A stretch of DNA of 62,060 nt, filler included, from Chiloscyllium plagiosum (lineage: Eukaryota), in NCBI RefSeq assembly GCF_004010195.1. It is 5 parts of one record of this genome, joined end to end, with 100 filler letters (N's around TTAATTAATTAA, not from the genome) between each part and the next. Parts side by side here need not be neighbours in the genome. Positions count along the whole stretch, not along the records: positions 1 to 29,097 come from NC_057716.1; 4 more parts are not named here. The stretch is one strand, 5' to 3'. The position numbers were made by a program, and so were the translations under genes. Below the pieces are notes generated by a model that saw only the letters and a program-made list of their open reading frames with translations, was not told the DNA's origin and searched no databases. Shown piece by piece: positions 11,846 through 24,580 of the stretch (position 1 is its first letter; every line of letters begins with the position of its first letter).

Positions 11846-13456
11846 CTATTTGCCGACTGCTACAAGTCCATTTTGGGCCTACTCGCTGAATACCAATGCA
11901 ATCGCCATGACTGAGCTCTTTAATAGGAGGTAAGTAAAATCAAAGAGAAAGAAAGGAGATAAAAGTATGAAAAGGGAGGAAAAAAAAGTAGTGAAAAAAA
12001 ACAAAGAGGAAATGCGGACTGCGCAGACTGCCAGGGGCTCAGAAACCCTACTCCAATACCACCTTATATCGGAACTATTTAGGGCAGATTCACTTGGGCC
12101 CAGTTAGTCCCACTCCCTCTTGTTTGCTCATTGACCTGCAGCTGGTTCTTTCTCAAGGACTTAATCAGTTCTCTGGGGTCATATTTAATCTACTGACACT
12201 GAATTGTGTCCAGACGAAGGTGAGATAAGCTTAAAATTTGAAGAAGGCCATTCTGCACTGACATTAGCAAATAGCTGCTGCTTGCAAATGTTTAGTGGAA
12301 CTCTGGAATTCATTCTCCCAAAAAGCTGTTGAATTGATGGTCCATTGAAATTTAAGTTTGATGGGCTTCTGTTAGGCCAGGTTATGAAGGGTTATAGAAT
12401 TAAATTGAATAAGTGGAGTTTAGATACAGATCAGTAATTGAATGGTGGAACAAACTCGAGAGGGTGAATGGCCCACACATGTTCCAACATATTATTTCAT
12501 TTTTAAGCATCAAGAGTTTCTCTCTAAGTTAATAAATATTCATTCTGAGTGGTAAAATTTGGCAGCTGCTGAGTTCTTTGTTAGTGTAAAGATAAGCCAC
12601 TCTTAAACAGAGGAGCATTCTAACTATGGGACAGCAATGAAGCGGTGAATTTCAGGTCAGTTTCATCAATCTTCAGTGTAACCAGCGAATATCTTTGTTT
12701 AAATTATAATTCAAAATTTTAACTTTAACTACAATGACAGTCAGATGGCCCTAAAAAAAAACTAAAACTGCTTCAGAAATACTAAACGGAATTGTGAGTA
12801 CTCTTTTTGATCGTATCGACACAGAGGTGAAGCCTTTAAGTTTTAGTTTTATGGTCAGTCTCCGTGACAAGCAGTGTTGTAGTATAATTTTGCAAACAAA
12901 CCTTTGAAGGTCTATTGTTCATTAAATGGACCAGGATCCTGAATAACCACATATATTCACATGATATGAAATACATCCTTAGAGTGCCTCCATGCACGGG
13001 GTAATGCATTTCACTGCTAGGTTTATGGTGATGGATTTTGGAGAAAACTTCATTGCTTGTTTAAAATGGCCACACCTGCACCTTTGTTATTTTCTGCAAG
13101 ACGAGGTTTTCCCTTGTATTTTTGTGAAATAAAAGGGGGAATTTATATTGCTAATAAAGGTGGATACAATGCTTTACAATGGTGTGTTAAACCTGCATTG
13201 TAAATTCTGGAGTTAGGGTGTGATGTGATTCCAGATGAAGCTGAGTATGCCCTGGAGGGACAAAGTGCAAAAGTGCTTTGGATTGATGAACCTGGATTGT
13301 AAATCCAGTATGGTTTACAAAGTGCCAAGCTCATGTTTGGAATCTACTTGACCTCAACGTAAGTGGACAGCAAAATTCTTCCCAATATGTAAACATCTAA
13401 GTTTCCATCTGTCGGATCAGAACTCTGTGTACAATGTACCCGGATACCCAGCAAGA

Positions 13457-13615
13457 TTAGAACATAGAACATTACAGCACAGTACAGGCCAGTCGGCCCT
13501 CGATGTTGTGCCGCCCTGTGGAACCAATCTGAAGTCCATCTAATGTACACTATTCCATTTTTGTCCGTATGCCTATCCAATGACCGTTTAAATGCCCTTA
13601 AAGTTGGCAAGTCTA
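13457..13615 (-). mobile_element. CR1 3' tail fragment
   Basis: AGAACATAGAACATTACAGCACAGTACAGGCC..GGCCC is the reverse complement of a CR1 tail. Confidence 0.85.
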
Positions 13616-14435
13616 CCAGCACTAGTGGTGAAGCTGTCTGTGTGTTTACTACCTTGGTAGAACCTATTGAGGAACACAATCTCTTGAGGAATTAAGCACA
13701 AGACTCATAGGTCTATCATCACGAAGGACAAATGGATCATAAGCCATCATGTAAAAGTATTAAGGTTGTTCCAGATATTAGAGTTACAAAGACATCATTG
13801 ATGAAATATTAAGGATCATAATTTTCTGTTCAATAAATGGTGAAATCCTGGTACATCCTTGAAAAATATTAAAATATACTGATATATATATATATATTTA
13901 TCCCTTTCAGAGATATTCCACTCAAAGTCTATGAGCTTAAATACAGAACATAGAACATAGAAAACTGGAAAAAACAATAACGGAGATGGACGTATTACCA
14001 TTAGTCAGTTACATTGAGCCTCAAACATCTTCAGTTTTGTGATATTCCCCATTTGATGGTGACCTTTATCTAAATATATTCATGGGGAATGAAAAGATGT
14101 AGAACATATTAGAAACTGCCAGCACTGGTGGTGATGCTCTCTATGTGTTTACTGCATTTATAGAACCTTTTGAGGAACACAGTCTCTTGAGCATTTTGTA
14201 CAGTAACTCCCCAAATTTCACAAACTTTTCCAACATCGCTGCTATGTGCCTGAGCTAGCTAGCCTTTAGTATTCGATCATCTCTTTGCAGGTAGTTTCAA
14301 TCACTTTTGAATACTACAGTCAGATTAAATTCCTCGACTAAATCACCCCTTTACTTCTCTATACTCAAGGAAATAGAAATCCACTCCATGAAATTTGTCC
14401 TCATAATTTAGTCTGCCCATTTTAAAAATCTTGTT

Positions 14436-17150
14436 GTATTTCAAAAGTATACTTTATTCATAAAATATCTTTCTATACATAGTCACAAATGCAGTTTGGT
14501 TTCTGCACAGTAGCATATGAAGAAATGAACAAACATTGGAATTGTTTGATTGGAACCCAATAATCAAATAGGAGAAAGTGAGGACTGCAGATGCTGGAGA
14601 CTAGAGTTGAAAAGTGTGGGTGCTGGAAAAGCTCAGCAGGCCAGACAGCATGCGAGGAGCAGGAAAATCGACGTTTCTGGCATAAGCCCTTCTTCAGAAG
14701 AAGGGCTTATGCTCGAAATGTCGATTCTCCTGCTCCTTGGATGCTGCCTGGCCTGCTGCGCTTTTCTCGCACCACACTTTTTAAATCCAATAATCAAACC
14801 CAAGGCATTCCTTACTTGTACAAGCCTACATTTACATACATTTGAGGCACTGGGAGATTTGGATAACTGAATGGGCTCCCATTTAAGCAGAAAGACCTCA
14901 GACAATGGTCTTTCCCCACTGTGCCTTGGTGTCCTGGGGGACAGCCCATAGAGAACAGAGTCCTGTGTCACGGAGCTGTTTGGGATGAACCTTGACAAGA
15001 ACCACTGCATCTCTCTCCAGACTTCCTTTGCAGAGGCACATTCCAGAAGAAGATGTGTGACCGTCTCTACCCCTCTGCAGCTGTTTTGACAGCAGCGTAA
15101 GTTGGTGCAGAGAGTCTGGGGGTACATGAAGGATCTCACAGGCTTCTCAGCATCAGTCAGGGGGTGTCTTGAAGCTTGTTGGAAAGTTGTGGTGATGAAG
15201 CATTCTGCCAAATGACTGTAGGTTGTTCTGTAGGTGACAATCATCCAACAGGAGGCAGTGTTCAGAGAAGGACACCGGCTTGATGTTGGTGGATCTGACC
15301 AAGAATGAGTGGGACACAAACAGGAAATCTATCCTTGAGCGATAGACCTGTCTGGCCGTGACCAGTTGTATCTACACTGCTCTCTGATTGCAGGGGTGCT
15401 GAGGACATTGTGCAGCGTGGCAACTTTAACTGTTTCCATCAGTAATCGGGACATGGAGTCCAGTTACTGTCAGACTCTCCTGATTGTCCATCTGCATCGA
15501 TGGTGCAGTTGAAGTCTCCGGCCGGAGTGATGCGTCTGGATATAGCCAGCAGCAGTGGGAACTACTGTGAATGGCCAATCGCTCACACCAGCATGGACAC
15601 ATTATTTAGTCTCAAGGGAGCATTTCTGTAACGTCTGCTATGAAGAAATGCCCGCCCACGACCTCCTGAACCTCAGAGGTGGGAAGTTATCTCTTTGCAG
15701 CAGAATACCCAGGCTGTAGGAACAGCTATCATTTGCCCCTGACCAAATGGGTCCATAGGCTCAACCAATGGCTGTAGCTGCTGAGGTGCAGTATCCTGCA
15801 ATATTGCAGAAACAGGACCTCTGCTTTGTCGTTGGCCAGGTAAGACAATGTGGAAACATGTTGCATAGTTGATTTAACGCTATGCACATTAATACTGGCA
15901 ATTTCAAAACCCGTTTTGAGAGTTTATAGAAATACCCGTGGACCCAATATCTGTTCAATCACAGTTTTAACACTGGAAAATTTCCTGTATCCCATAGTGT
16001 GGGTGAACTCTCAGCACTGAGGTAGCCATCCTGTTTCTTCCTGGGGAATTTGCCCTGATGCGGTGTCAATGGGGTGAGTATGAAGCCAGTTCAAAATCTG
16101 ACAGAGGGGCTGTCATGCTCTGTTCCTGATTCAGAGCGTTGCTGTTCCTGGTTGCTTGGAACTGTTGTGTCGTGGGTATACCAATGGTTCCAACAGCTGG
16201 AAGTTGAGCTGTTCCAGGTTGGCGTGTGCTCCCATCCTTCTCCCCCATGGTGCTGTGCTTCTTCTAATTTTGGTGCCCGTCCCTCTGCATACCTTCATTG
16301 TCAGAGGAGCTGCTGGTGAGTCCATCATGCAGCTGCCTCTTTCTGTTTTGCTGTGGACTTGTGGGGGCCTGATGTGTTTTGCCTTTGCAGTTGTTTCTCA
16401 CCGGTATCCACTTTCCCTGCCTCCTTCAGTTCCTCCTCTGCTATTGACTGAATATGGCTCCCTCCACCTGCCATCTTGGGCAGACCTTGTATGGGTGGCC
16501 TGCTTCCCTGTGCAGGGTGCAGCTCTTGGACCCCCCTGTAGTCAGGTGGCCCTCTTGTTTGCGGTTCCTGCAGAGGGTCACTTTGCGGTCCGCTGCCATA
16601 TGCCCTGACCTCCCACAGGTTTGGCACATTCTCAGCTGCCCCACGTACATCAGGTAGCCTTGGCTCCGTCCCATCACGAACCTGGAGGGTGGGTGGAAGA
16701 TGTTCCCACTAGCATTGGCCTGAACGGGGTCTATACTTCAGTGCTGCCTCCTTCAAGCTCTTTGTTCCTTCCCAGGAAGGTCAGGATATCTGCTGCGGGG
16801 ACCTGGGGGTTGGATATTTGGTTTGGAACAACCTGGCTCCTATCTGTAGGGAGAATGAGCAATGGTGCTGCAGACAGGACAGAGAGAGGGCCTTCACCTC
16901 CTTGCACTTCAAAGACTTTCAGGATATGCCCACATTGTTTCATGCTCCTGAAGGTCATGTAGACCCCACTGGAGAAATCTTTCAGACAGAAAATATCTGC
17001 TGCTTTGACCTTGCGGCAATCCAGGAGGACTCTCCTCACAAAGAAGGTTCAGTCACCCAGTCATCCTTTCTCCACTACCTTCCGAGTCACCTTGTATTGT
17101 GGACTCCCTGGCCTGTGGCATGGACACTACCAGAGGCCATAGCTCTGATT
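14436..17150 (-). mobile_element. Tx1/L1-clade non-LTR retrotransposon, internally deleted (ORF1 zinc knuckles, APE, C-terminal zinc finger; no RT)
   Basis: ORF1 GYLMYVGQLRMCQTCGRSGH...AGHPYKVCPR; APE motifs IASINVHSVKS, AGDFNC and SRIDFLF (15905-15315); ETVTHLLLEC..KEVW; minus-strand AATAAA near 14455. Confidence 0.85.
14569..14786. mobile_element. Palindromic mini-PLE with overlapping degenerate hammerhead cores and 12-bp TSD
   Basis: Inverted arms centred at ~14696; TSD CCAATAATCAAA at 14557-14568 and 14787-14798. Confidence 0.85.
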
Positions 17151-17929
17151 AACTGCTCACTGAACTGATGTTAGGCCAAAGGCAGCACAAACATCCACCC
17201 ACTGTGTACTGGGGAGAGGCCCAGTGAAACAAAATGGTGAGTCAACTAAACAAGCAATTCCTTTCAGCAAACATTGCCCTGACTTGACTCCATTGCTCTT
17301 TTCAGAGTGGTGGTGAGAAATATTCATTATAAACATAAAGGAAATTGAAATGTTTAGTAAGAATCCCAGGGAACATGTGTGAACCAAACTAAATTGCTTC
17401 TCTGGTGGTCTTTAATGCACAGTTTAACAGAAAATGTATCGGCCTGGCCCTCATACTGAAAAATATTTGCTGTCGGTTTGTAGATGGCATGTGCTCAGAC
17501 CACCACTAGATGGTGCTTGTTATGGAGACCTCTCCTGTGCACAAAAGTGACATGCTAAATCATTCTCATTGGTCTGATTATTGCCAAATAAATGATGGCT
17601 ACATTAGCACAGACCATGTGAATCACAGAAAACAGAGACCAGTCTTATTGCAAGTTTGATTTCGAAGATTCATCAAAATGAGAGAGACACATATAAAACT
17701 AGATAATGCTGAACAGTTCTGGGAAGGAATCCATCTGAAATATTAATGTTATAGGGCTCAGCAGCTTGCTGCCTTCGCAGATTTCCTTTGTTTGTAATTT
17801 TCAGCTTTTTAAAAATTCTCTACGGGGAGATATCAGGAGTGGAACCCTCCCTCCCTCCCCTACTCTACCCAGGCCCAAGTGTTTTGTAGCTATGAAGTTC
17901 CTCTTTGAACTTAATACAAGAGCATACGA

Positions 17930-18770
17930 ATATAAAAAAAAGGAGCATGCCATTCTGCCCCTCAAGCCTGCTTTGTATTCAACAAGCTTGTAGTTGGTCT
18001 GTCCCAGGTCTCAACTCCTCATTTGTGCCAGCTTCTCACATAATAGTTTAATTGTTCAACCCCCCCGTCTCCAACACACACACACACACACACACCCTCA
18101 AGCCCCTTCAGAATCTTGTAAGTTTCAATGAGATCACCTCTCATTCTTCTAAACTCTATTGAATAATGGCTGAACCTGTTTTGCTATTCCTGATTAGAAG
18201 TGGATTGATAAATCTTCAGATATCAGCAACATCAAAATGTAGCGAACAAATAAGGATAGAGGATCAGCCTTGATCTTATGGAAGGGTGAAGCAGACTTGA
18301 CCCTTCACCTCCTAGTTTCTATGATTTTAGCCCCTTCGTCCCAGAAATCACCTTAGTGAATCTGTTTGAACCAGCCGGAATATGCCCTTTCTTAAATAAG
18401 GGGAATGCGAATTGTACACAAAACTACAGGTGTGGTCTTGCCAATACTCTACACTTACAACAAGACTTTCATTTTCAAACTCTAAACCTCTTGCAATAAA
18501 GGCCAATATTCCATTTGCCTTCCGAATTACTTGCTGTACTTGCATGTTAGGTTTTGTACTTAATACAGTAGAACACGCATATTCTTCTGCACTTTTTTGG
18601 AGTCTTTCTGCATTTAAATAAGAATTTGCCTTTTGATTCTTCCTCCAAGAATGACCTCAAACTTTCCTACATTTAACTCCATCTATGTTGTTTTTTGTCT
18701 ATTCACTCAGTCTATCTCTTTCCGTTTGCAGATTTCTTATGCCCTCATCACAACATGCCGTCCCACCTAG
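17930..18770 (-). mobile_element. CR1 LINE 3' fragment(s), with (CA)n at ~18074-18095
   Basis: ORF MQVQQVIRKANGILAFIARGLEF; RGDLIE-type DNA on the minus strand. Confidence 0.8.
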
Positions 18771-19883
18771 TTTGCATGGTAATGAGATAATTTAAATCAT
18801 TGGAAGAGGGCAGCCATGCCAGCACAGATAGCTGTCATCATTTGGGATAGATTGTTATTGCTACACATTATATTGAGACCACCCAAATGGTGCTGCAGTT
18901 GGAGACTTTACCTGTTTGGGCAGGAAATACTCAATATCCGATTTACCGTAGATTGGATGGACAGGTAAAGGTCTTACAAGTATAATCCCTTCCTGCAAAT
19001 AACTAAGCAGCAATCTGATTCAAATTGACTTAGTTTGAAGGTGATCTTAAATTTAAGTTTGTTGAGTCTGTTTAAAAAGCCTGGCAAATTTCAGGCTTCC
19101 TGGCTCAGATGAAGTCAGAGGAATAAGGTGGTGAACGATATGTAATCCTCACATCAACTTTATTTCAAGCTGTTGACATTTCTTTGTGAAGTTAAATGTG
19201 CCCTGCAGTGCTGTCATCAATACCAGATTAATATAAAGAAGTCAATTTACTGCAGTACAGTACTATAATGCTATAAATACTTTAAGACTCTTCGTGGTGC
19301 TTTAGTAAGTCAGGGGATACTGGAGTCATTTCACAAGCCCTTTAACATGAGTTCACTTGTCTAAGTTTAATCTTTTTACTTTCTGATCTTATTGTAAGAT
19401 CCAGTGGAAAAAAATCTTAAGAACTTATTATCTTTGCAAATCTTCGTTGACGTCCTTAGCTTTATGGAACTGAATTCTCTATTGCTTGACCTCACTAGAT
19501 TTAAATGCATTCTGCTGATTAGCAAGCCAGAACCTGCATTCTTACATGTGAACTAGAGAGCTGCTTGTTTCTGGTGAACAGGCCTGTTGGGACTAAAACC
19601 TCTTACTGTGTGAAACAAGCAATTCCAGGAAAATGGCTTGATCCAGCCTTGCAGACAGGTCTTCATCCTGCTCAGCCCAAGAATTTGAGGGTCTAACATT
19701 CTGTGTCCCCTGAAGAATTACAAATTTGGAATACTATTCTGTTCATTTCCTTTGAATCTTAAATGGGAAAATAATTTGTATATCCACCTCTTGGATTTTC
19801 AAATTTGTACAGCCTTTATGTTTATTCACAATTTCTTGGGACTTCTAAAATTCTCCAAGAGTAAATGTGCAAATATGAACTTC

Positions 19884-20070
19884 TTGAGAAAGTGGTGGAT
19901 GTGGGTGCAATTACAACATTTAAAAGACATTTGGATAGATACCTGAATAGGAAAGGTTTGGAAGGATATGGGCCAGGAGCAGGCAGATGGGATTAGTTTA
20001 GTTTGGGATTAAGTTTAGCATGGACTGGTTGGATCGAAGGGTCTGTTTCCATACTGTATGACACTATGAC
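19884..20070 (+). mobile_element. CR1 3' tail fragment
   Basis: CATTTAAAAGACATTTGGAT...GGATCGAAGGGTCTGTTTCC..TATGAC. Confidence 0.85.
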
Positions 20071-20109
20071 ATGTCATAATGCTCTAACATAGGAACACTA
20101 CACTACATG

Positions 20110-20890
20110 AGGCATAAAAGCAAAATATGGTGAATGATGGAAATCTGAAATAAACACGGAGAATTTTGGAGAAACTCAGCAGGTCTTGTGTGATCTTGGT
20201 ATGATCTGAAAGGTGTTGAAAAATAGTTTCTTATTTATACATTTGACGGGTTACAGGAGGAGCAAAAGGGCAGATGGTATAAGGGTCAGTGCAAAAGACT
20301 GTTAACAGTGGAGAAACAAAAATGTAAAATGGGTGTAAACTAGAGTGTGAAAGGAAATGAATTGATCCTCCGTACTAAGGGCAAAGCAAACATGACATAA
20401 ACACAGTTAAAAATCACACAACACCAGTTTATAGTCCAACCGGTTTAATTGGAAGCACTAGCTATTGGAGCGCTGCTCCTTCATCAGGTAGCACAACTAG
20501 CTTTCGGAGTGCTTCCAATTAAACCGGTTGGACTATAACCTGGTGTGTGATTTTTAACTTTGTACACCCCAGCCCAACACCGGCATCTCCAAATCATGAC
20601 ATAAAAACAACATGGCTGTGGGGGTGTGAATAGTGTGAGGAGTGGAAGAGAATGTAAGAAAAGCAGAAAACATACATAGTGCAGTCTATTACTGAAGTAA
20701 TTGAATTCAGTATTGGAACCTCAAGACTGTAAAGTGTCCAAGTGGAAAATAGAGTGTTGTTTCTTGTAGTTGTGTAAGCATTGGGGCAGGCCCAAGACAG
20801 AAATGTTAGCGTGAAAGCAAGGTGATTAATTTAAATGGCAACAACTGTGAGGTCAGTTTCATTCCTACAGAGTGGAGATCTGCATAAGGC
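20110..20890 (-). mobile_element. Old decayed Penelope-like fragment
   Basis: Start (GATGGAAATCTGAAA..GGAGAAACTCAGCAGGTC) resembles the PLE terminal repeats elsewhere in the window; heavily diverged. Confidence 0.4.
20402..20594. mobile_element. Palindromic mini-PLE of a second family with a hammerhead remnant and 11-bp TSD
   Basis: Arms 20405-20459 and 20508-20559; minus strand CTGATGA-A-GGAGC-AGC-GCTCC-AATA-GC-TA; TSD CATGACATAAA at 20391-20401 and 20595-20605. Confidence 0.75.
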
Positions 20891-22206
20891 ATAGTGTTAA
20901 AATTAAACTGCTGTTTGAAAAGACTATAAAATCTAACATTGATAAATAAACATGGCACATACAATTAGGACTCAGCTTGATATGTTTATGGTATTCTTAA
21001 CAGATGTTACGCTTTGAATCTGAATGCGATGGAGCTGTGTTAGGCAGATGAAACAGCTGGTCTTTAACTGTCCTGTGGTACACCACCAGTGGGAATGACA
21101 AAGGATGAATAGAACACCTTCAGTTTTGCAAATGTTGAACTATGGAAAATGTCACCTCATTCAGGACTTGATTTTGTGCACACTTTTGGTAAACTTCAGG
21201 ACCCTGTGGTGCTGGCAGAGATAGTATAGCAGGTCATCAGTAGATGCTTAAAAAAACAAATTTCTCTTTATTGATGTACATTATCTCATTGCCAGTGCAA
21301 TGCTTTTATTTCAGTTGATTGATGATTTGTATTCATTGTAACGTGGAAAATTAAGATGAAAAATAAAATCCGCCTGTAGATTTGGCATCTACTTCAGATG
21401 TAGTTTTCTGTTCTCAAATATTTGAATTATTATTTGAAGAATTATGCAAACCATTCATGTACAATTTTTAATGTGAATGGAAATAGCATTGCTCAAGTGT
21501 TTATTTTGTTTTAAATGTCAGGAGTCGGTGGAATTTGCTAATCAGTATTCAGAACTGGGTGGTCACAGTTTTGACATGACATGAAAACCTGGAGAGGAGT
21601 AGCCTCCATGACCCATTAATCCACTGAGCAATAATGAAGAGGTTGTATGTGAGGTTAGCTGTATGCTAACCCCATCTCCCCATCCTGTATTGGTACAGTA
21701 GTTGTTTTTTCTCAGTTAGGTTTGTCATGTGAAGTTTCATTGTAATTTATGGGATATTTTTGGCAATGTGCCATCAGTCTGTTTATCATCATAGAAAACC
21801 GTTAGGGTCACAATGTAATAGGTATTGTGTCTTTCAGCAGGAGCAGTCATTTCATTCAGTGAGCACTGAAAATGAGAGTATTTCTTCATCTTCTTCACAG
21901 AGAATATCTAATTGAACAGTGGAGTGATTTACTGGAAAAAGGCATTAAATTGGACAGTCTATGAGAAATTGAGAGAAGGATTTGCAGGGTTTGGTGAGAA
22001 GGGAAGTTCAGTTAACTAAGAACACTAGGCTTGATGAGACTCATGGCCTTTTCCCTGGAATTTAGTGAAATAGTCAGTCATGAGAATGTCATTATATCCT
22101 TGAACAGGGAAAATATCAGCTACAACGTTTCACTACTGCTCAGATGGAACTTCATGTGGAATGAGAGCTTCTCAATTGTTAATATTGATACAGATGACCG
22201 GTTTCA

Positions 22207-22720
22207 CATAGAGTTGTAGAGATGTACAGCACGGAAACAGACTCTTTGGTCCAACCCGTCCATGCCGACCAGAAATCCCAACCCAAATTAGTTCCACCTA
22301 CCAGCACCTGGCCCATATCTCTCCAAACCCTTCCTATTCATTTATCCATGCAGATGCCTTTTAAAAGTTGCAATTGTACCAGTCTCCATCACTTCCTCTG
22401 GCAGCTCATTCCAAACGTGCACCACCCTCTGCAAAAAAAATTGCCCCTTAGGACCTTTTTAAATTTTTCCCTCTCACCCAAAACCTATGCCCTCTGGTTC
22501 TGGACTCCCCCACCTTAGGGAAAATATCTTGTCTATTTACCTTATCTATGCCCCTCATGATTTTATAAACCTCTATATGGTCACCCCTCAGACTCCGATG
22601 CTCCAGGGAAAACAGCCCCAGCATATTCAGTCTCTCCCTGTAGCTCAAACCATCTGACCCTGGCAACATGCTTGTAAATCTTTCAAGTTTCACAAAATCT
22701 TTCCTATAGGAGGGAAACAA
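22207..22720 (-). mobile_element. CR1 LINE 3' fragment
   Basis: ORF FSLEHRSLRGDHIEVYKIMRG..RTRGH; tail at the 22207 end. Confidence 0.9.
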
Positions 22721-22739
22721 ATGACTTTTTCCAGCCAAC

Positions 22740-22859
22740 TGCCAAAGGAGACCAAGCCACCAGATCACAGTCTAGGTCAGTGCTGTGTTCCAAGTGGAAA
22801 GGAATGCCCAGCAGTGTAGGAAGAAAGTCACTGATCATCTGCACTCTGCAAGAGTAAGT
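22740..22859 (+). pseudogene. Myb/SANT-like exon remnant, probably PIF/Harbinger transposon ORF1
   Basis: QITV*VSAVFQVERNAQQCRKKVTDHLHSAR followed directly by donor GTAAGT at 22854. Confidence 0.55.
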
Positions 22860-23869
22860 GCCACCATCTTCTCTCTGCTACCTCACACTCACAAGGGCAG
22901 CATTTGCGCTGACTCTTTCTCTGCATACATCCCTCACTCATGGCTTACAACTCTCACTATTGCATGTATCACGTCCACTCAACAGCTCTCAGCCACCTTA
23001 TACTCCCAAACACCTACTCTGCCCTGCCCTCTGCCATTCCTGCTCACTCAGTGAGGACACCTCCCCTGCTTGTTCATCACCACTAACTGCTCTCCCATTT
23101 GTCTTCATCAGATTCAATCTATCGCTTTCTCTCAGCGCAGGTAAATTCACCACCTCCCCCTCCCCAGACTAATGTCTCAACAGCTCCCAACTGACCCACC
23201 TGTTATCCACGGTCTGTTCGCATTTGACCTACAGGACTGACTTTGCCTGAGTCCTCATACTGCAAGGAAGACCCTCGGACTCTGGTGGGAGCAAGTGCCT
23301 GACCGACTGTGGCCAACTTTTGTAACGTGAGCCCCTTGATTGACTGTGGTGGTACATCTCAAAGACTAATATTCCTTCACCTCATGGAAGACTGCTTGCC
23401 CTTGACTTTCACACATTAACATTGCTTGAAGCAGCTGCAAACTGCTGGCACACGCTGCAGGTCTATGTTGATGCTAGCACAGAACCAAACAGAGAAGTGT
23501 GGACTCCCAGTCTGCTGATAGATTGCCAATTCAGTCTTGTTTACTATCAAGTTTCCTGCCTCTCCTTTTCAGCCAGCAGCCATTAAGTATGTCAATTGAC
23601 CCCAAGTCCTGTCTGTCTGGGTGTGAAGAGGGGAGTGAAGAGAATTTAAAAAAAAAGCCAAACAATCATAAATATCTGGGATTCTCTCCTCTACTGAGCA
23701 GTGGAGGCTGGATCACTGAATATATTCAAGACTGATTTAGACAGATATTTTTGGTTAACAAGGGAATCAAGCATTATGGGATGACAGGCAGGGAAGTGCA
23801 TTTCTGGCCACGTCAAATTTCCTTGAGCTTATGAACTGGGGGAGCTGAGGCCTTTACCTCCGTCCAAGT

Positions 23870-24580
23870 TACGTATGCCAGAAAGAGTGGATGAAATGCA
23901 TATGTGCCAAAATTGATACTGGTGCAAGTGCAAATATCATCCCTTTGATTATCATACAGATGAAGCACTTTGACACAACTTGGTGCTGTCCCCACACACA
24001 TCAATTGCTTACAATGGGTCTGATATCCCATGCATCAGTATCATTCATCTCAAATGCCAACACCTCTCCTCAGGGTGAAATGGAGGATTTCGAGACTACG
24101 GGGCACATTTTTGAGAGGAGAGAGATTTAAAAAAGATTTAAGGGGCAAATACTTAGAATAAACGTAGAATAAACTTCCAGAGGAAGTGGTGGATGTGGGT
24201 ACAATTATAACATTTAAAAGACATTCGGATAAGTATATGAATAGGAAACGTTGAGAGATATGGGCCAGAAGCCAGCAGGCGGGACGACCAGTTTAGTTTG
24301 GGAACATGGTCAGCATGGACTGGTTGGATGAAAGTGTCTGTTTCCGTGATGTATGACTCAACGACTACGATTTGATACCTTTTAAATTATTGATGTCACT
24401 GATCTGCGAGTATGCACAAATCTACATATTACTAAGGTCACTAAAGAAGTGGATGTGACATTTCTAATACTAAAAATTCCAGACTGCAACATCAAGTCTG
24501 TCCAAGATCTGGCAAACCTCTGCATCAAACAGGGTTGAGGCTGTCAGTAACTTTAAATGTGATGCAATGCTACATTAGAG
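23870..24580 (+). mobile_element. Gypsy-type LTR retrotransposon aspartic protease remnant, interrupted by CR1 (24067-24370)
   Basis: KIDTGASANIIP retropepsin motif; the downstream continuation is degraded. Confidence 0.5.
24067..24370 (+). mobile_element. CR1 3' fragment
   Basis: Similar to the other CR1 3' ends; tail GTCTGTTTCCGTGATGTATGACTC. Confidence 0.85.

Larger units (their letters stand above)
9405..12075 (-). mobile_element. Putative non-autonomous LINE-derived element hosting the minisatellite and three HE1 insertions
   Basis: Minus-strand 3' end ACATGACAATAAAGAAATCAAATCAA at ~9405-9430; GC-rich non-coding body; boundaries approximate. Confidence 0.3.

Noticed and set aside
21522..21653. 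Possible host exon after a T-rich acceptor
   Set aside because: Weak donor, no recognisable peptide, no supporting neighbouring exons.
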